Source of the DNA: an uncultured Mycoplasmatota bacterium
GTDB lineage: Bacteria; Bacillota_I; Bacilli_A; RF39; UBA660
Assembly (NCBI GenBank): GCA_948432605.1
Contig: CAOJCV010000003.1
Location: 1-35,692, forward strand
DNA: 35,692 nt
Direction: 5' to 3'
A program made the translations under genes and the position numbers. The notes beneath the pieces were generated by a model that saw nothing but the letters and a program-made list of their open reading frames with translations, searched no databases and was not told where the DNA came from. Below, piece after piece: positions 1 to 9,602 of this stretch (positions are counted from its first letter, which is position 1; every line of letters starts with the position of its first letter).

Positions 1-315
1 ACAAATAGTAACGAAGGATTTCAAAAACTCTTATCGACTATTCAAAATAAACTTGAATGTTTAAATAATATTGAAGTGGCTATGGAAGCAACTGGTCATT
101 ATTGGCTTTCTTTGTATTCAGCTTTAACTGACAATGAATTTAATGTATCTGTTTATAATCCTTATCAAATTAAATCATATCGTGGTGCTTATAATAATAG
201 GAAACAGAAAAATGATATTATTGATTCTATTATTATTGCTGATTATTTAAGAGTATTTGGTTCTAGTGAATCAAAACTCCCAGAAGAAAATATATTATCT
301 TTAAAACAATTATAA
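1..315 (+). mobile_element. IS110-family transposase N-terminal (DEDD RuvC-like) fragment, truncated
   Basis: Frame is open from base 1 (TNSNEGFQKLL...VAMEATGHYW...VYNPYQIK...KNDIIDSIIIA), with the E-x-TG-x-YW, NP and K-x-D-x-x-D motifs of IS110. It stops at TAA 313-315 before the coiled-coil and Tnp domains. Confidence 0.85.
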
Positions 316-319
316 ACCT

Positions 320-723
320 ATGGTTAAAGGTCAGTTTAGGGTCGTTGAGGGGGAATTTAAAGGATCCAGTATATTTATGAATCAATTAGTTGATGAGGGT
401 TGGAAAATAAATATGATGAACGATTTTTTACAATCACTAGATGTAATAGATCCAGAAGATATTTATTTTGAATCATACTCTGATTATAACGATTTAATTT
501 TAGAAATTGCAGAAGAAAGAGAAAAAGCAAAAATTGCTAAATCAAAAGAATTAGAAAAAATAGAGACAAAAGAAGAAAAAGAACTACCTAAAGTAGAAAA
601 AAACAAGAAAAAAAGAAGGAAGAAAAGCCAAAAATAAACATTGATGTTGATTCTGTAATTATGGACGATAATGTGATTACAGATGATGAATTTTTTGACG
701 ATTTTTTCCATGATGAAGATTAG
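320..723 (+). pseudogene. Chimeric/frameshifted ORF: phage DUF669-like fragment joined to an acidic, host-like C-terminus
   Basis: (KP)MVKGQFRVVEGEFKGSSIFMNQ...FESYSDYNDLILEIAE resembles phage DUF669 proteins (from memory). After an A7 run at 597-603 another frame reads KQEKKKEEKPKINIDVDSVIMDDNVITDDEFFDDFFHDED* to 723. Confidence 0.45.
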
Positions 724-858
724 TCTTCTTTTTTTTACTATTTTGGTACAACAAATCAGTTGAATAGAAAATCAAATTCATGTATAATTTTAACAGGATA
801 CAAAATGTCGTATGATAAAATTTGAAAAAATGTCCAAAATAATAGTAGGTGTATCAAA

Positions 859-2592
859 ATGAAAAAGAAAACCATATATATTGTAGCAGGAATGATTCTT
901 ACTCTTGCATGTGTAATTGGAGTAAGTTATGCCTTTTGGCAAGTAAGTCTCATTCAAGAGAGTCAAAACGAAATCACAAGTGGTTGCTTTAAATTAAGAT
1001 TAACAGAAGAAAATGCGATATCCCTAAGAGATGCTTATCCTATGAGTGAAGATGAAGGAAGAAACTTAACACCTTATACATTTACTATTGAAAATATATG
1101 TAATACTACAGCCTCTTATCAAGTCAACTTAGAGGAATTAAAAATGAGTCAAAAAAGATTAAGTGGAGAATACTTAAAAGTGTCATTAGATAATAAAAAA
1201 GCTATCAATGTATCAAATTTAGAAATCGTAGATAAAACCTTAGAAGAAGCAGATACCTCTCATAAACTTACCACAGGAGTATTAAAAGGAAAAGAAAAGA
1301 GAAGTTATGAATTAAGATTGTGGATGGACGAAAGTACACCTACGAAAGAGGAAACCATGGAAGCAACATTTGAAGGAAAAGTTACTATTATTGCAACGTA
1401 TAAAGAAAGTATTCCAGAGTTAGAAATCAGTACAAGAGAAGAGAAAGATACCATCAAAGTAGAAGTAAATACAATAAAAAATAAAACCAATGAAAAATTA
1501 AGATATATCTATCAATTAGAAAATGAAGAAGCAATCGAAACAGAAGAAAATATATATACATTTATAAATATCAAAGATGGAAACTATAAAGTAAAAGTTT
1601 TAGTCTTGTTAGAAGATGAAACAATATTAGAAGACCAAGAAAGAAATGTATCGGTAGCTTATGAAAAAGTATACATCACAAGTAATGGAAATGATGAAAC
1701 AGGAAATGGGTCAATAGAGAATCCTTATGCAGGTTTAAATCCAGCATACACCAAAGTAAAAAGTGGTGGAGAAATGATTCTACTCTCAGATATCACAGCA
1801 ACAGAAACAGGAAATTTCAATATCGAAGGAAAAGAAGTAACTTTAATAAGCCAGGAAGAAAACATTTATACAATTTTAAAAGATACAAGCTTTACTTCAC
1901 CAATTCTTGATATCACAAATACAAATACAGTTACTACAAAGAATATTACTTTGGATGGCAACAACGTCATATCCACAGGAGCATTAGTAGAAGCTTATGA
2001 TTCTACGTTAAACTTGAGTGAGGGAACAACAATACAAAACAATAATAATCGCGGAAGATATTATGAAGAAATGAATGGAAATGGTGCCTTAGGTGGAGGA
2101 GTATTTGCTTGGCAAAGTACAATTAATATCACTGGAGCAAAGATTATTTATAACAAAACATCAGCCCAAAGTGGGTCATGGAGCCACGGAGGAGGAATCA
2201 GTGCTTCGTATGGAACATTAAATTTTTATGATGGTGAAATTTCCTATAATGAAAATGTTGGAGCAATGGTAAACCAAGCAGGTGGTGGAATTGTATTTTA
2301 TGAAGGAAAGTTTTATATGTCAGGAGGAATAATTTCTCATAACAAAACAAATACAGGTGGTGGTGGAATTTTTTTGAATTCTACTAGCATATCTACGATT
2401 TTTACGATGACAGGTGGTAGCATTGTAAATAATTCGGCTGAAACTGGTGGTGGATTATGTTTATATAGGCAAGTAGGTGGATCTGTAATTACGACGGCCT
2501 ATTTAAAAAATGGAATCATTGAAAATAATACAGCTGTAAATGGAACTAATGCTTATGCTAATGATGGTACCCAAATCATTGATGAAAGATAA
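859..2592 (+). CDS. Secreted/surface protein: SipW-class-like signal peptide, TasA/camelysin-like N-domain, C-terminal Gly-rich beta-helix (pectin-lyase/Pmp-like) repeats
   Basis: MKKK + hydrophobic stretch + IGVSYAFW. YELRLWMD and TFEGKVTI motifs. YITSNGNDETGNGSIENPY followed by repeated GGG[IV] and ISxN motifs. SD-like AGGTG upstream. Confidence 0.7.
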   Translation: MKKKTIYIVAGMILTLACVIGVSYAFWQVSLIQESQNEITSGCFKLRLTEENAISLRDAYPMSEDEGRNLTPYTFTIENICNTTASYQVNLEELKMSQKRLSGEYLKVSLDNKKAINVSNLEIVDKTLEEADTSHKLTTGVLKGKEKRSYELRLWMDESTPTKEETMEATFEGKVTIIATYKESIPELEISTREEKDTIKVEVNTIKNKTNEKLRYIYQLENEEAIETEENIYTFINIKDGNYKVKVLVLLEDETILEDQERNVSVAYEKVYITSNGNDETGNGSIENPYAGLNPAYTKVKSGGEMILLSDITATETGNFNIEGKEVTLISQEENIYTILKDTSFTSPILDITNTNTVTTKNITLDGNNVISTGALVEAYDSTLNLSEGTTIQNNNNRGRYYEEMNGNGALGGGVFAWQSTINITGAKIIYNKTSAQSGSWSHGGGISASYGTLNFYDGEISYNENVGAMVNQAGGGIVFYEGKFYMSGGIISHNKTNTGGGGIFLNSTSISTIFTMTGGSIVNNSAETGGGLCLYRQVGGSVITTAYLKNGIIENNTAVNGTNAYANDGTQIIDER

Positions 2593-2715
2593 AAATTTAG
2601 AATAAAAGAGTATTCTAGATTTTTTGATGAAATTTGTAAGAAAAAAAGGAAATCGTTATTTTTTTCGGAATATATAAGTAGGAGATACTTTTATCTTCTT
2701 AGAAAGGAGGAATAC

Positions 2716-3267
2716 ATGTAAGAGTATTACCGAAGTGGAAACTATTCCTTATTAGAAGATATTCCTTTTAAAGAAATGTTTGGAAGAAAATCAAGAGTAC
2801 ATTTTGCAGAGTATTTGTTAGAATGTTATTTGACATTGAATAAAATCATAGCCTATAATGGGAAAATCTTTTCATCAGAATTAAATCGTGGAGAAGAATA
2901 CCGAGATTTAAAGAAAGTAAAACAAGTCGTGATTATTGGAAAAAGTACAATCAAATTAGAAGAGAAACTACTGAGTAAAAACTACTATAAGAATGAAAGT
3001 AGAAGACTATCTGATATGCAAGAAATAGATATCATAAGGATTGATAAGGTAGGCTTAAGTGATCATAATAAAGATAACAAAAGGATGTGAAAACTTATTC
3101 GTTTTATTGGAGCTAATAATCAAGAAGAAAGAGATAATCTTGCAAAGGGAAGGAGAAAACTCATGAAAATGAATCAAGAATTAGAAGAAATATCGGGTAT
3201 TACTGAATTAAAAAAAGAAAATATCCAAAAAATTCAAACAAATTCCAAGTCTATGAATCTTGTATAA
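2716..3267 (+). pseudogene. Rpn-family (PD-(D/E)xK nuclease/putative transposase) pseudogene
   Basis: Strong SD AAGGAGG, then ATG 2716 immediately followed by TAA. The same frame continues LLEDIPFKEMFG...LNRGEEYRDLKKVKQVVII...IDIIRIDK, hits TGA at 3088, then KLIRFIGA...LEEISGITEL to TAA 3267. The catalytic D/ExN segment appears deleted. Confidence 0.7.
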
Positions 3268-3469
3268 GAAAAAAGATATTTTTTACAGTCCTTTACAATT
3301 TTTCTTACGTAATTTTACTTTTTTTATAGAATAAATTGATTGTTTCTCTTAGGTATTTATTGCTTGTCAATAGTTTTTCTTTATTTTATTCATGTTTCTG
3401 TCCTGATATGTGTAGAAGAATCATTTACTTCAAATCTTTTTCATGTTACCATTAGTATGGTGATTCATA

Positions 3470-3883
3470 ATGAATAATAAGGAAAATCAAGAAAAAACAG
3501 GTTTATTTTCTTCTGAAAATCTTTCTTATGCCAAGACAAGTGAAGATTTACCAACTACTTATTTTAAGCCTATTGATCAAGTGCAACAAGCTCAAAAAGA
3601 ATTAATAAAAAATTATCAGCAAGAAAAAAAAGAAAATCTAATTGATATACCTGATTTATCAGCTGAGGTTAGGAAGTTAGAGGAAGAATTAAAAAGAAAG
3701 AAAAATTATATGTCGTTGTTGTCTGTTGTTTTATTAGTTTTATTTTTAAATGTTTGTTGGTTTTTAGGAGTTAAATTTTTAATTGAACCTAAGTATGAGC
3801 AGTATGTTGAAGAAAGCAAAGAAATTAAAGCAAATTATGATAGTTTAAAACGTAGAGTTGACGCAATAGTAGGAAGTGAATAA
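3470..3883 (+). CDS. Hypothetical protein with one transmembrane helix flanked by coiled coils
   Basis: 137-aa ORF, SD GGTGA, hydrophobic LLSVVLLVLFLNVCWFLGV segment. Confidence 0.75.
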   Translation: MNNKENQEKTGLFSSENLSYAKTSEDLPTTYFKPIDQVQQAQKELIKNYQQEKKENLIDIPDLSAEVRKLEEELKRKKNYMSLLSVVLLVLFLNVCWFLGVKFLIEPKYEQYVEESKEIKANYDSLKRRVDAIVGSE

Positions 3884-3902
3884 CTTCTTTTTTATTATAA
3901 AA

Positions 3903-3931
3903 TTGACATATATTGTAGAGCGTGTCATAAT
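3903..3931 (+). promoter_or_regulatory. SigmaA-type promoter of the ABC transporter gene
   Basis: TTGACA (3903-3908), 17 nt, TG-n-CATAAT (3926-3931). Confidence 0.7.
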
Positions 3932-3976
3932 ATGATTTGTATTGCTTATTAAAGCTATTAAAAGAAAGGATTTATT

Positions 3977-6283
3977 ATGTTAGAGTTAAGAAAAATTAAG
4001 AAAACTTATAAAACTGGTGATTTTGTTCAAAATGCTTTGAAAAAAGTAAGTTTAAAATTTAGAAAAAGTGAATTTGTAGCTATTTTAGGGCCCAGTGGTT
4101 CTGGTAAAACAACGCTTTTAAATATTGTTGGTGGATTAGACCGTTATGAAGAAGGAGATTTAATTATAAATGGAAAATCCACAAAGTCTTTTAAAGATAA
4201 AGACTGGGATTCTTATCGCAATAATTGTATTGGTTTTATTTTTCAGAATTATAATTTGATAAGTCATATTGATATTTTATCTAATGTTGAGATGGGAATG
4301 ACTTTGTCTGGTATTTCTCTTAAAAAAAGACGAAAAATTGCAGTAGATGTTTTAAAAAAAGTAGGGTTAAAAGATCATATTCATAAAAAACCAAATCAAT
4401 TGTCTGGTGGACAAATGCAACGTGTAGCAATCGCACGTGCTTTAGCTAATAACCCAGATATTATTTTGGCAGATGAACCTACAGGGGCATTAGATTCTAA
4501 AACTAGTATTCAAATCATGGATTTGATGAAGGAAATTTCTAAAGATAAGTTAGTAATTATGGTTACTCATAATCCAGAATTAGCGAATACTTATGCGTCT
4601 CGTGTCATAGAAATGAAAGATGGAGAGATTACTAAGGATTCTAATCCGTTAGATGAGAAATTTGTAGAATCTGATTCTTATTTGATTCGTAAGACTGCTA
4701 TGAATTTTTTGACAGCACTTCATTTATCTTTAAATAATATTTGTACTAAAAAAGGAAGAACTATTTTAACAGCCTTTGCATCTTCGATTGGTATTATTGG
4801 AATTTCTTTAATTCTAAGTCTTTCTAATGGATTTGAAAAACAGATTGATACATTTGAAGTAAATACTTTAAGCGCTCTGCCAATAATTATTAGTAAACAA
4901 AGTATGGCTTTAGATGAAGAAACATTAGAGCAAATGCATGATGAAATGAATGAAGTAGGGGATTATCCTTCTACAGATTATCTTATTCCTAAGGAAAATG
5001 AGCAAGATAAATATATGCATTCTAATAAAATAACAAAGGATTATATAGAATATTTAGAAAATTTATCTTCTCAAGATGTTATTGGAATTAATTATTTGTA
5101 TGCAGCTAATATTAATTTTTTACAAAAAGTAAATGGTAAAGTTAAGAAAATTGAAACATCTAATTTAAATGTTGGAAGTTTTCCTCATTCTTTATCACAT
5201 GATGGAGTAAATGTTATTCATGAACGTTTTGATATTTTAAGTGGGCGAGAAGCATTAGATAAATACGATGTTCTTATTGAAGTAGATAGTAAAAATAGAT
5301 TTCCTAAAGAATTATTAGAAATGCTTGGTATTTTAAGTGATGAAAATGTAAGCTTTGATACTATTTTAGGAAAAGAGATTACCGTTGTTTTGAATGATGA
5401 TTATTATGAAAAAGTAGGAAATTATTTTATTCCAAAAAGTGATTTAGAGAAAATGTTTCAAAGTAAAAATAAAATTGTTTTAAAAGTAGTTGGAATCATT
5501 CGTTTAAAGAAAGAATACCCAAGTATGGCTTCTTCAGCTGGTATTTATTATACTAATGAATTTATGCAAGAAGTTTTAGATAAAAATGAATCTTCTAAAG
5601 TAGTAGAAGCTCAAAAACATGCTAAATATAATGTTTTGTCTGGAGAACTTCTTGATACTCAATCTAAAGAAGGTATAGAAGCAAAAGAAGCTTTAATGGC
5701 TTATTTAGGTGGTGATAAAGTGCCATATGTTGTTCAAATTCATCCTAAAAACTTTGAAAGTAAAGAAAATATTACAAATTATTTAGATCGTTATAATGAA
5801 GATAAGGAAGAATCTCAAAAAATTGTATATATTGATCAAGCTAATTTAATGAGTAGCTTATCAGGGAATATTATGGACGCGATTACAATTGTTTTGGTTG
5901 CATTTAGTTCTATTTCTTTAGTGGTATCTAGTATAATGATAGGAATTATAATGTATATTTCTGTTTTAGAAAGAACAAAAGAAATTGGTATTTTAAGAAG
6001 TTTAGGAGCACGAAAAAAAGATATTTCTAGAGTGTTTAATGCAGAAACCTTTCTTATAGGGTTATCTTCTGGGTTATTAGGAATTTTTGTGGCTTGGATT
6101 TTATTATTTCCAGTAAATTCTTTGTTGTATAAATTAACTGACTTGGAAAATGTTGCTGTTTTAAACCCGATTCATGTAATAATTTTAATTACCATAAGCG
6201 TTATTTTAACTTTGATAGGTGGCTGGATTCCTGCAAAAATTGCGAGTAAAAAAGATCCAGTAATAGCTTTAAGAACTGAATAA
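3977..6283 (+). CDS. MacB/FtsX-family ABC transporter, fused ATP-binding and permease domains
   Basis: Walker [24 protein letters not shown], Walker [16 protein letters not shown], and the C-terminal FtsX motif [17 protein letters not shown]...DPVIALR. Confidence 0.95.
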   Translation: MLELRKIKKTYKTGDFVQNALKKVSLKFRKSEFVAILGPSGSGKTTLLNIVGGLDRYEEGDLIINGKSTKSFKDKDWDSYRNNCIGFIFQNYNLISHIDILSNVEMGMTLSGISLKKRRKIAVDVLKKVGLKDHIHKKPNQLSGGQMQRVAIARALANNPDIILADEPTGALDSKTSIQIMDLMKEISKDKLVIMVTHNPELANTYASRVIEMKDGEITKDSNPLDEKFVESDSYLIRKTAMNFLTALHLSLNNICTKKGRTILTAFASSIGIIGISLILSLSNGFEKQIDTFEVNTLSALPIIISKQSMALDEETLEQMHDEMNEVGDYPSTDYLIPKENEQDKYMHSNKITKDYIEYLENLSSQDVIGINYLYAANINFLQKVNGKVKKIETSNLNVGSFPHSLSHDGVNVIHERFDILSGREALDKYDVLIEVDSKNRFPKELLEMLGILSDENVSFDTILGKEITVVLNDDYYEKVGNYFIPKSDLEKMFQSKNKIVLKVVGIIRLKKEYPSMASSAGIYYTNEFMQEVLDKNESSKVVEAQKHAKYNVLSGELLDTQSKEGIEAKEALMAYLGGDKVPYVVQIHPKNFESKENITNYLDRYNEDKEESQKIVYIDQANLMSSLSGNIMDAITIVLVAFSSISLVVSSIMIGIIMYISVLERTKEIGILRSLGARKKDISRVFNAETFLIGLSSGLLGIFVAWILLFPVNSLLYKLTDLENVAVLNPIHVIILITISVILTLIGGWIPAKIASKKDPVIALRTE

Positions 6284-6338
6284 GTTGTATTATCGACTAT
6301 ATCTTTTAAAAGTCGACAAAACTTGTCAAAATCTTTTC

Positions 6339-6367
6339 TTGCGGTTTTTGATCTTTTCTTTTATAGT
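6339..6367 (+). promoter_or_regulatory. SigmaA-type promoter of the putative ncRNA
   Basis: TTGCGG (6339-6344), 17 nt, TATAGT (6362-6367). Confidence 0.55.
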
Positions 6368-6373
6368 AAAACA

Positions 6374-6553
6374 CATCCAAGCAAAACTGCTTGGTACAGA
6401 GGGATTTTAAACTAATTCATATATTCAAAAAAACTACCCTATTACAATACGTTTCTATTTAAAAATTTGGTTATAACACACTTCTTTTCTAATAACTAAT
6501 AACTAAAAAATAAAAAAATCCTCTGGGGACAACTTATTATGAGTTGTCTTTTT
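6374..6553 (+). ncRNA. Putative structured small RNA of about 180 nt, family not recognised
   Basis: Own promoter. 5' hairpin CCAAGCA-AAAC-TGCTTGG (6377-6394). Long-range stem CAGAGGGATTTT (6397-6408) / AAAATCCTCTG (6515-6525). Intrinsic terminator 6528-6553. No credible ORF. Confidence 0.55.
6528..6553 (+). terminator. Intrinsic terminator
   Basis: GACAACTTA-TTA-TGAGTTGTC followed by TTTTT. Confidence 0.75.
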
Positions 6554-6564
6554 ATATTAACTAG

Positions 6565-6596
6565 TACTTGACAATACATAGTAGTTGTGATAATTT
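6565..6596 (+). promoter_or_regulatory. padR promoter with overlapping putative PadR operator (TACT-N11-AGTA)
   Basis: TTGACA at 6568-6573 with TAATTT 17 nt downstream. TACT (6565-6568)-N11-AGTA (6580-6583) straddles the -35 box, the half-site geometry reported for C. difficile CdPadR1. Confidence 0.55.
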
Positions 6597-6617
6597 ATTT
6601 ATGGAAGAGGTGATACT

Positions 6618-6932
6618 ATTCATACTCAATTTAAAAAGGGCGTTTTAGAATTGTTGGTTTTATCGATTGTTTCAAAAAAAGATATGTATGGCTATGAACT
6701 TGTAGAAGAAGTAAGTAGGATTGTCGATGTGAATGAGGGAACTATTTATCCTATTTTAAAAAGACTAACAAATGAGTCTTATTTTGAAACTTATTTAGAA
6801 GAATCTAAAGAAGGGCCTATTAGAAAATATTATCATATTACTGCAAATGGAAAGTTACGACAAAAAGAAATGCTTAAGGAATGGACAGAATTTTCTTTAA
6901 GTGTAAATAAATTTATAAAGGAGAATAACTAA
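6618..6932 (+). CDS. PadR-family transcriptional regulator, probable ATT start
   Basis: HTQFKKGVLELLVLSIV...MYGYEL...EGTIYPILKRL...RKYYHIT. The conserved N-terminus lies upstream of the ORF-track TTG, and SD GAGGTGA precedes ATT 6618. Confidence 0.9.
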   Translation: MHTQFKKGVLELLVLSIVSKKDMYGYELVEEVSRIVDVNEGTIYPILKRLTNESYFETYLEESKEGPIRKYYHITANGKLRQKEMLKEWTEFSLSVNKFIKENN

Positions 6933-8585
6933 ATGAAAAAGAAAGAGTTTTTAAATGCTTTAAGAAAAAAATTAGAAATATTAGAATCGAGTGAAGTGGA
7001 TGATATTATTACAGAATATTCAGGTTATATTGATGAAAAAATGGAATCAGGTGTAAGTGAAGAAAATGCAGTGGAAGCCTTTGGGAATCTTGATGAACTT
7101 GCAAATGATTTATTATCAGCATATAAAATTAAAATAAAAAAAGAAAAAGATCCAATTGGAGATTTTTCTAAGAAAGTTTTAGAAACTATTAATTATATTG
7201 TAGATGAACTTAGTGAAAAGTCTTCTAAAGAGATTATTCAGTTTATCATTGAAATTGTTATTTTAATTTTTATGATAGGGTTATGTAGACTTCCAGTTTC
7301 TATTTTAATCTCTCTTGGAAAAGAAATATTTTTTATTCTTTCAAGTCCATTAAATCGAATTTTCTTTTCTATTTGGAAGTTTGTTTTGGAATTCGCTTAT
7401 TTTGTATTATCTATTTTAGTTTTTATTCGAATTGTTGATAAAAGATATTTGAAAAATAGGACTGTCAAAATGAATGAAAAAAAAATTCAGACAGAAAAGA
7501 TTACTAAAGTAAAAAAAAATAAATCCAAAGAAGAAGTTAGTGAACCTCAAAGTAAAACTTTTTTCATAGGAGAAATGATTATAAAAATAGGGGTATTTTT
7601 CTTAAAGTTTATGGCAATATGTATTTTATTTGGGGCTAGTTTTTATTTAATTAGTATGGCTGCAATATTAGGAATTTGTATTTATCTACTTATTCAAGGT
7701 GTGACTTATTTTGGTTTTTATCTTATTATGTTAGCGCTTTTTGTGCTTGGAATAGTCTTCTTTCATTTATTGTATAATTTTGTAATTGATAGGAAAAATA
7801 AAGGGGTATCGTTATTTATTCAAATCATGATTTCTATTTTATTATTAGGAGGAGGCTGTGGTCTTGCAGTTTTCGAAGTTGCTGATACAGAGTTTATTAA
7901 TGGAGTTCCAAATGATTTAAAAACAGAAAAATTAGTAGAAGAACTTGCTATGGATAAAGATACAATTTTCATTGGGAATGTAGCCAATTATATTGTTGAT
8001 AATGATTTAAATATTGTAAAAGTAGAATTTGAATATTATCCACTTGGAACTAAGATGAGTACTAATATTAAAAAGAAAGAAGATAAAGTTTTCCTTTATT
8101 GGAGTTTTGATCGAATTCATATTCGTTCAGAGTTATTAGAGCATGTTGTTAATGACTTAAAACAAAAGAAAGTGTATAATTATCATTTAGAACCAACTAT
8201 TACGATTATAGCGAATGAAAAAAATATTGAACAAATTAAAATGAATCGTCAAAAATATTATAAAACTTATAAAAACTATTCTTCTTGTGAGTTTGTAAAA
8301 ACTTATCATGTTGAAATGTTAAAACCTAGTCTTGATCAAAATGAAGTTATTGTGGTTGTGTCTCAATATAATGAAGATAATGTTGTTTCTGTAAAACTTT
8401 CTAAAGATTTAGCAAATATTTTAGAAGTGGGTAATGATTATGAGTTTACTTTTAAAACTTATCAAGCTTTTGTAGATACGGATATTGAAAATGTGTTTTA
8501 TGAAAATGATGTAATAGAAATTCAAAAGACAAATAAAAAAGGCTTTGAGCAAAGACAGGATGAAACTTGCACTTTATTTTATTAA
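6933..8585 (+). CDS. DUF1700/HAAS-domain multi-pass membrane protein
   Basis: MKKKEFLNALRKKL...EVDDIITEYSGYIDE...SEENAVEAFG N-terminus, several TM helices, directly coupled to padR (a common pairing). Confidence 0.8.
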   Translation: MKKKEFLNALRKKLEILESSEVDDIITEYSGYIDEKMESGVSEENAVEAFGNLDELANDLLSAYKIKIKKEKDPIGDFSKKVLETINYIVDELSEKSSKEIIQFIIEIVILIFMIGLCRLPVSILISLGKEIFFILSSPLNRIFFSIWKFVLEFAYFVLSILVFIRIVDKRYLKNRTVKMNEKKIQTEKITKVKKNKSKEEVSEPQSKTFFIGEMIIKIGVFFLKFMAICILFGASFYLISMAAILGICIYLLIQGVTYFGFYLIMLALFVLGIVFFHLLYNFVIDRKNKGVSLFIQIMISILLLGGGCGLAVFEVADTEFINGVPNDLKTEKLVEELAMDKDTIFIGNVANYIVDNDLNIVKVEFEYYPLGTKMSTNIKKKEDKVFLYWSFDRIHIRSELLEHVVNDLKQKKVYNYHLEPTITIIANEKNIEQIKMNRQKYYKTYKNYSSCEFVKTYHVEMLKPSLDQNEVIVVVSQYNEDNVVSVKLSKDLANILEVGNDYEFTFKTYQAFVDTDIENVFYENDVIEIQKTNKKGFEQRQDETCTLFY

Positions 8586-8651
8586 TTAGTTTTAAAAATT
8601 TATCTTTCATGATGAATTTTTTTTTAATTTATGTTAGACTTAATATAGAGG

Positions 8652-9599
8652 GTGATTCATTTGGAACAATTAAATATGGAAATAAGTATGTTGGAACGTT
8701 ATGGTGAGAATATGACTCGAAAAGAGTATATTACTGATCCTGCTATTGCACGTGATAATGAAATGAAACAATGTATTTTAACTCTTTTAACTCCTGAAAA
8801 AAGTGCTCTTTTGGTAGGAAAGCCTGGAATTGGTAAAACTGCTATAGTAGAAGGTCTTGCATATCGAATTCAAAAAGGTCTTGTTCCAAATGCTCTTTTA
8901 GGGTGGGAAATTATAAAAATTAATGTTACATCTTTATTAGGTTCTGTAACTAAAGATGGGCAAATGGAAAATCGTATTGATTTATTAATAAAAGAATTGA
9001 ATCAAAAAGAAAAAGTAATTTTGTTTATTGATGAAACACATGTTTTAGTAAATAAAAATACGAGTGATAATTCGGGAATTGATTTTGCAAATATGTTAAA
9101 AGCAGGTCTTGATAGAGGTACTATTAAAATGATAGGTGCAACCACAACAGAAGAATATGAAACCTATATTTTACGTGATAGGGCATTTTTAAGAAGATTT
9201 CAAAAAATTGATGTTTTGGAAGCAGATAAACCTACTACTGTTAAAATTTTAATGGGAACTTTGCCTAAAATTGAGAAGCAAATGGGTATTACATTACATT
9301 ATTCTGAATTTATTAAAACGCGAATTATGCAGTTTATTGTAGAGATGACGGATGAATACAAGAGAGTATATGAAGTTGCATCTAGATATCCTGATATTTG
9401 TTTAACAATTCTTTCTAATGCTTTTACTTATGCTTTATTTGATAATGAATCTTATGTATCCATAAAACATGTTTATAAAGCTATTTGTAATGCAAGAAAT
9501 GTTTATGAAGATGTAAAATTAAAAGAAATTGAACGTTTTAAAATTGAATTTCATGATTTAATTGAAGAAGAAAATGTAGATTTGGAAGAAAGGGGATAG
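8652..9599 (+). CDS. Stand-alone ClpA/ClpB-like AAA+ ATPase (NBD1 only); start may be TTG 8661
   Basis: [47 protein letters not shown]. No N-domain, M-domain or NBD2. Confidence 0.85.
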   Translation: MIHLEQLNMEISMLERYGENMTRKEYITDPAIARDNEMKQCILTLLTPEKSALLVGKPGIGKTAIVEGLAYRIQKGLVPNALLGWEIIKINVTSLLGSVTKDGQMENRIDLLIKELNQKEKVILFIDETHVLVNKNTSDNSGIDFANMLKAGLDRGTIKMIGATTTEEYETYILRDRAFLRRFQKIDVLEADKPTTVKILMGTLPKIEKQMGITLHYSEFIKTRIMQFIVEMTDEYKRVYEVASRYPDICLTILSNAFTYALFDNESYVSIKHVYKAICNARNVYEDVKLKEIERFKIEFHDLIEEENVDLEERG

Positions 9600-9602
9600 A
9601 AA

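Noticed and set aside
3088-3090. In-frame TGA in the Rpn-like gene as a sign of genetic code 4 (TGA=Trp)
   Set aside because: Conserved Trp residues elsewhere use TGG, long genes need no TGA read-through, and this gene also has a TAA at codon 2.
3301-3310. Spacer 7 first 10 nt (TTTCTTACGT) occur here
   Set aside because: Too short and PAM-distal; expected by chance in AT-rich DNA.
6290-6330. GTCGACA / TTGTCAAA motifs resembling Spo0A boxes upstream of the ncRNA promoter
   Set aside because: None is a perfect TGNCGAA; too degenerate to support without comparative data.
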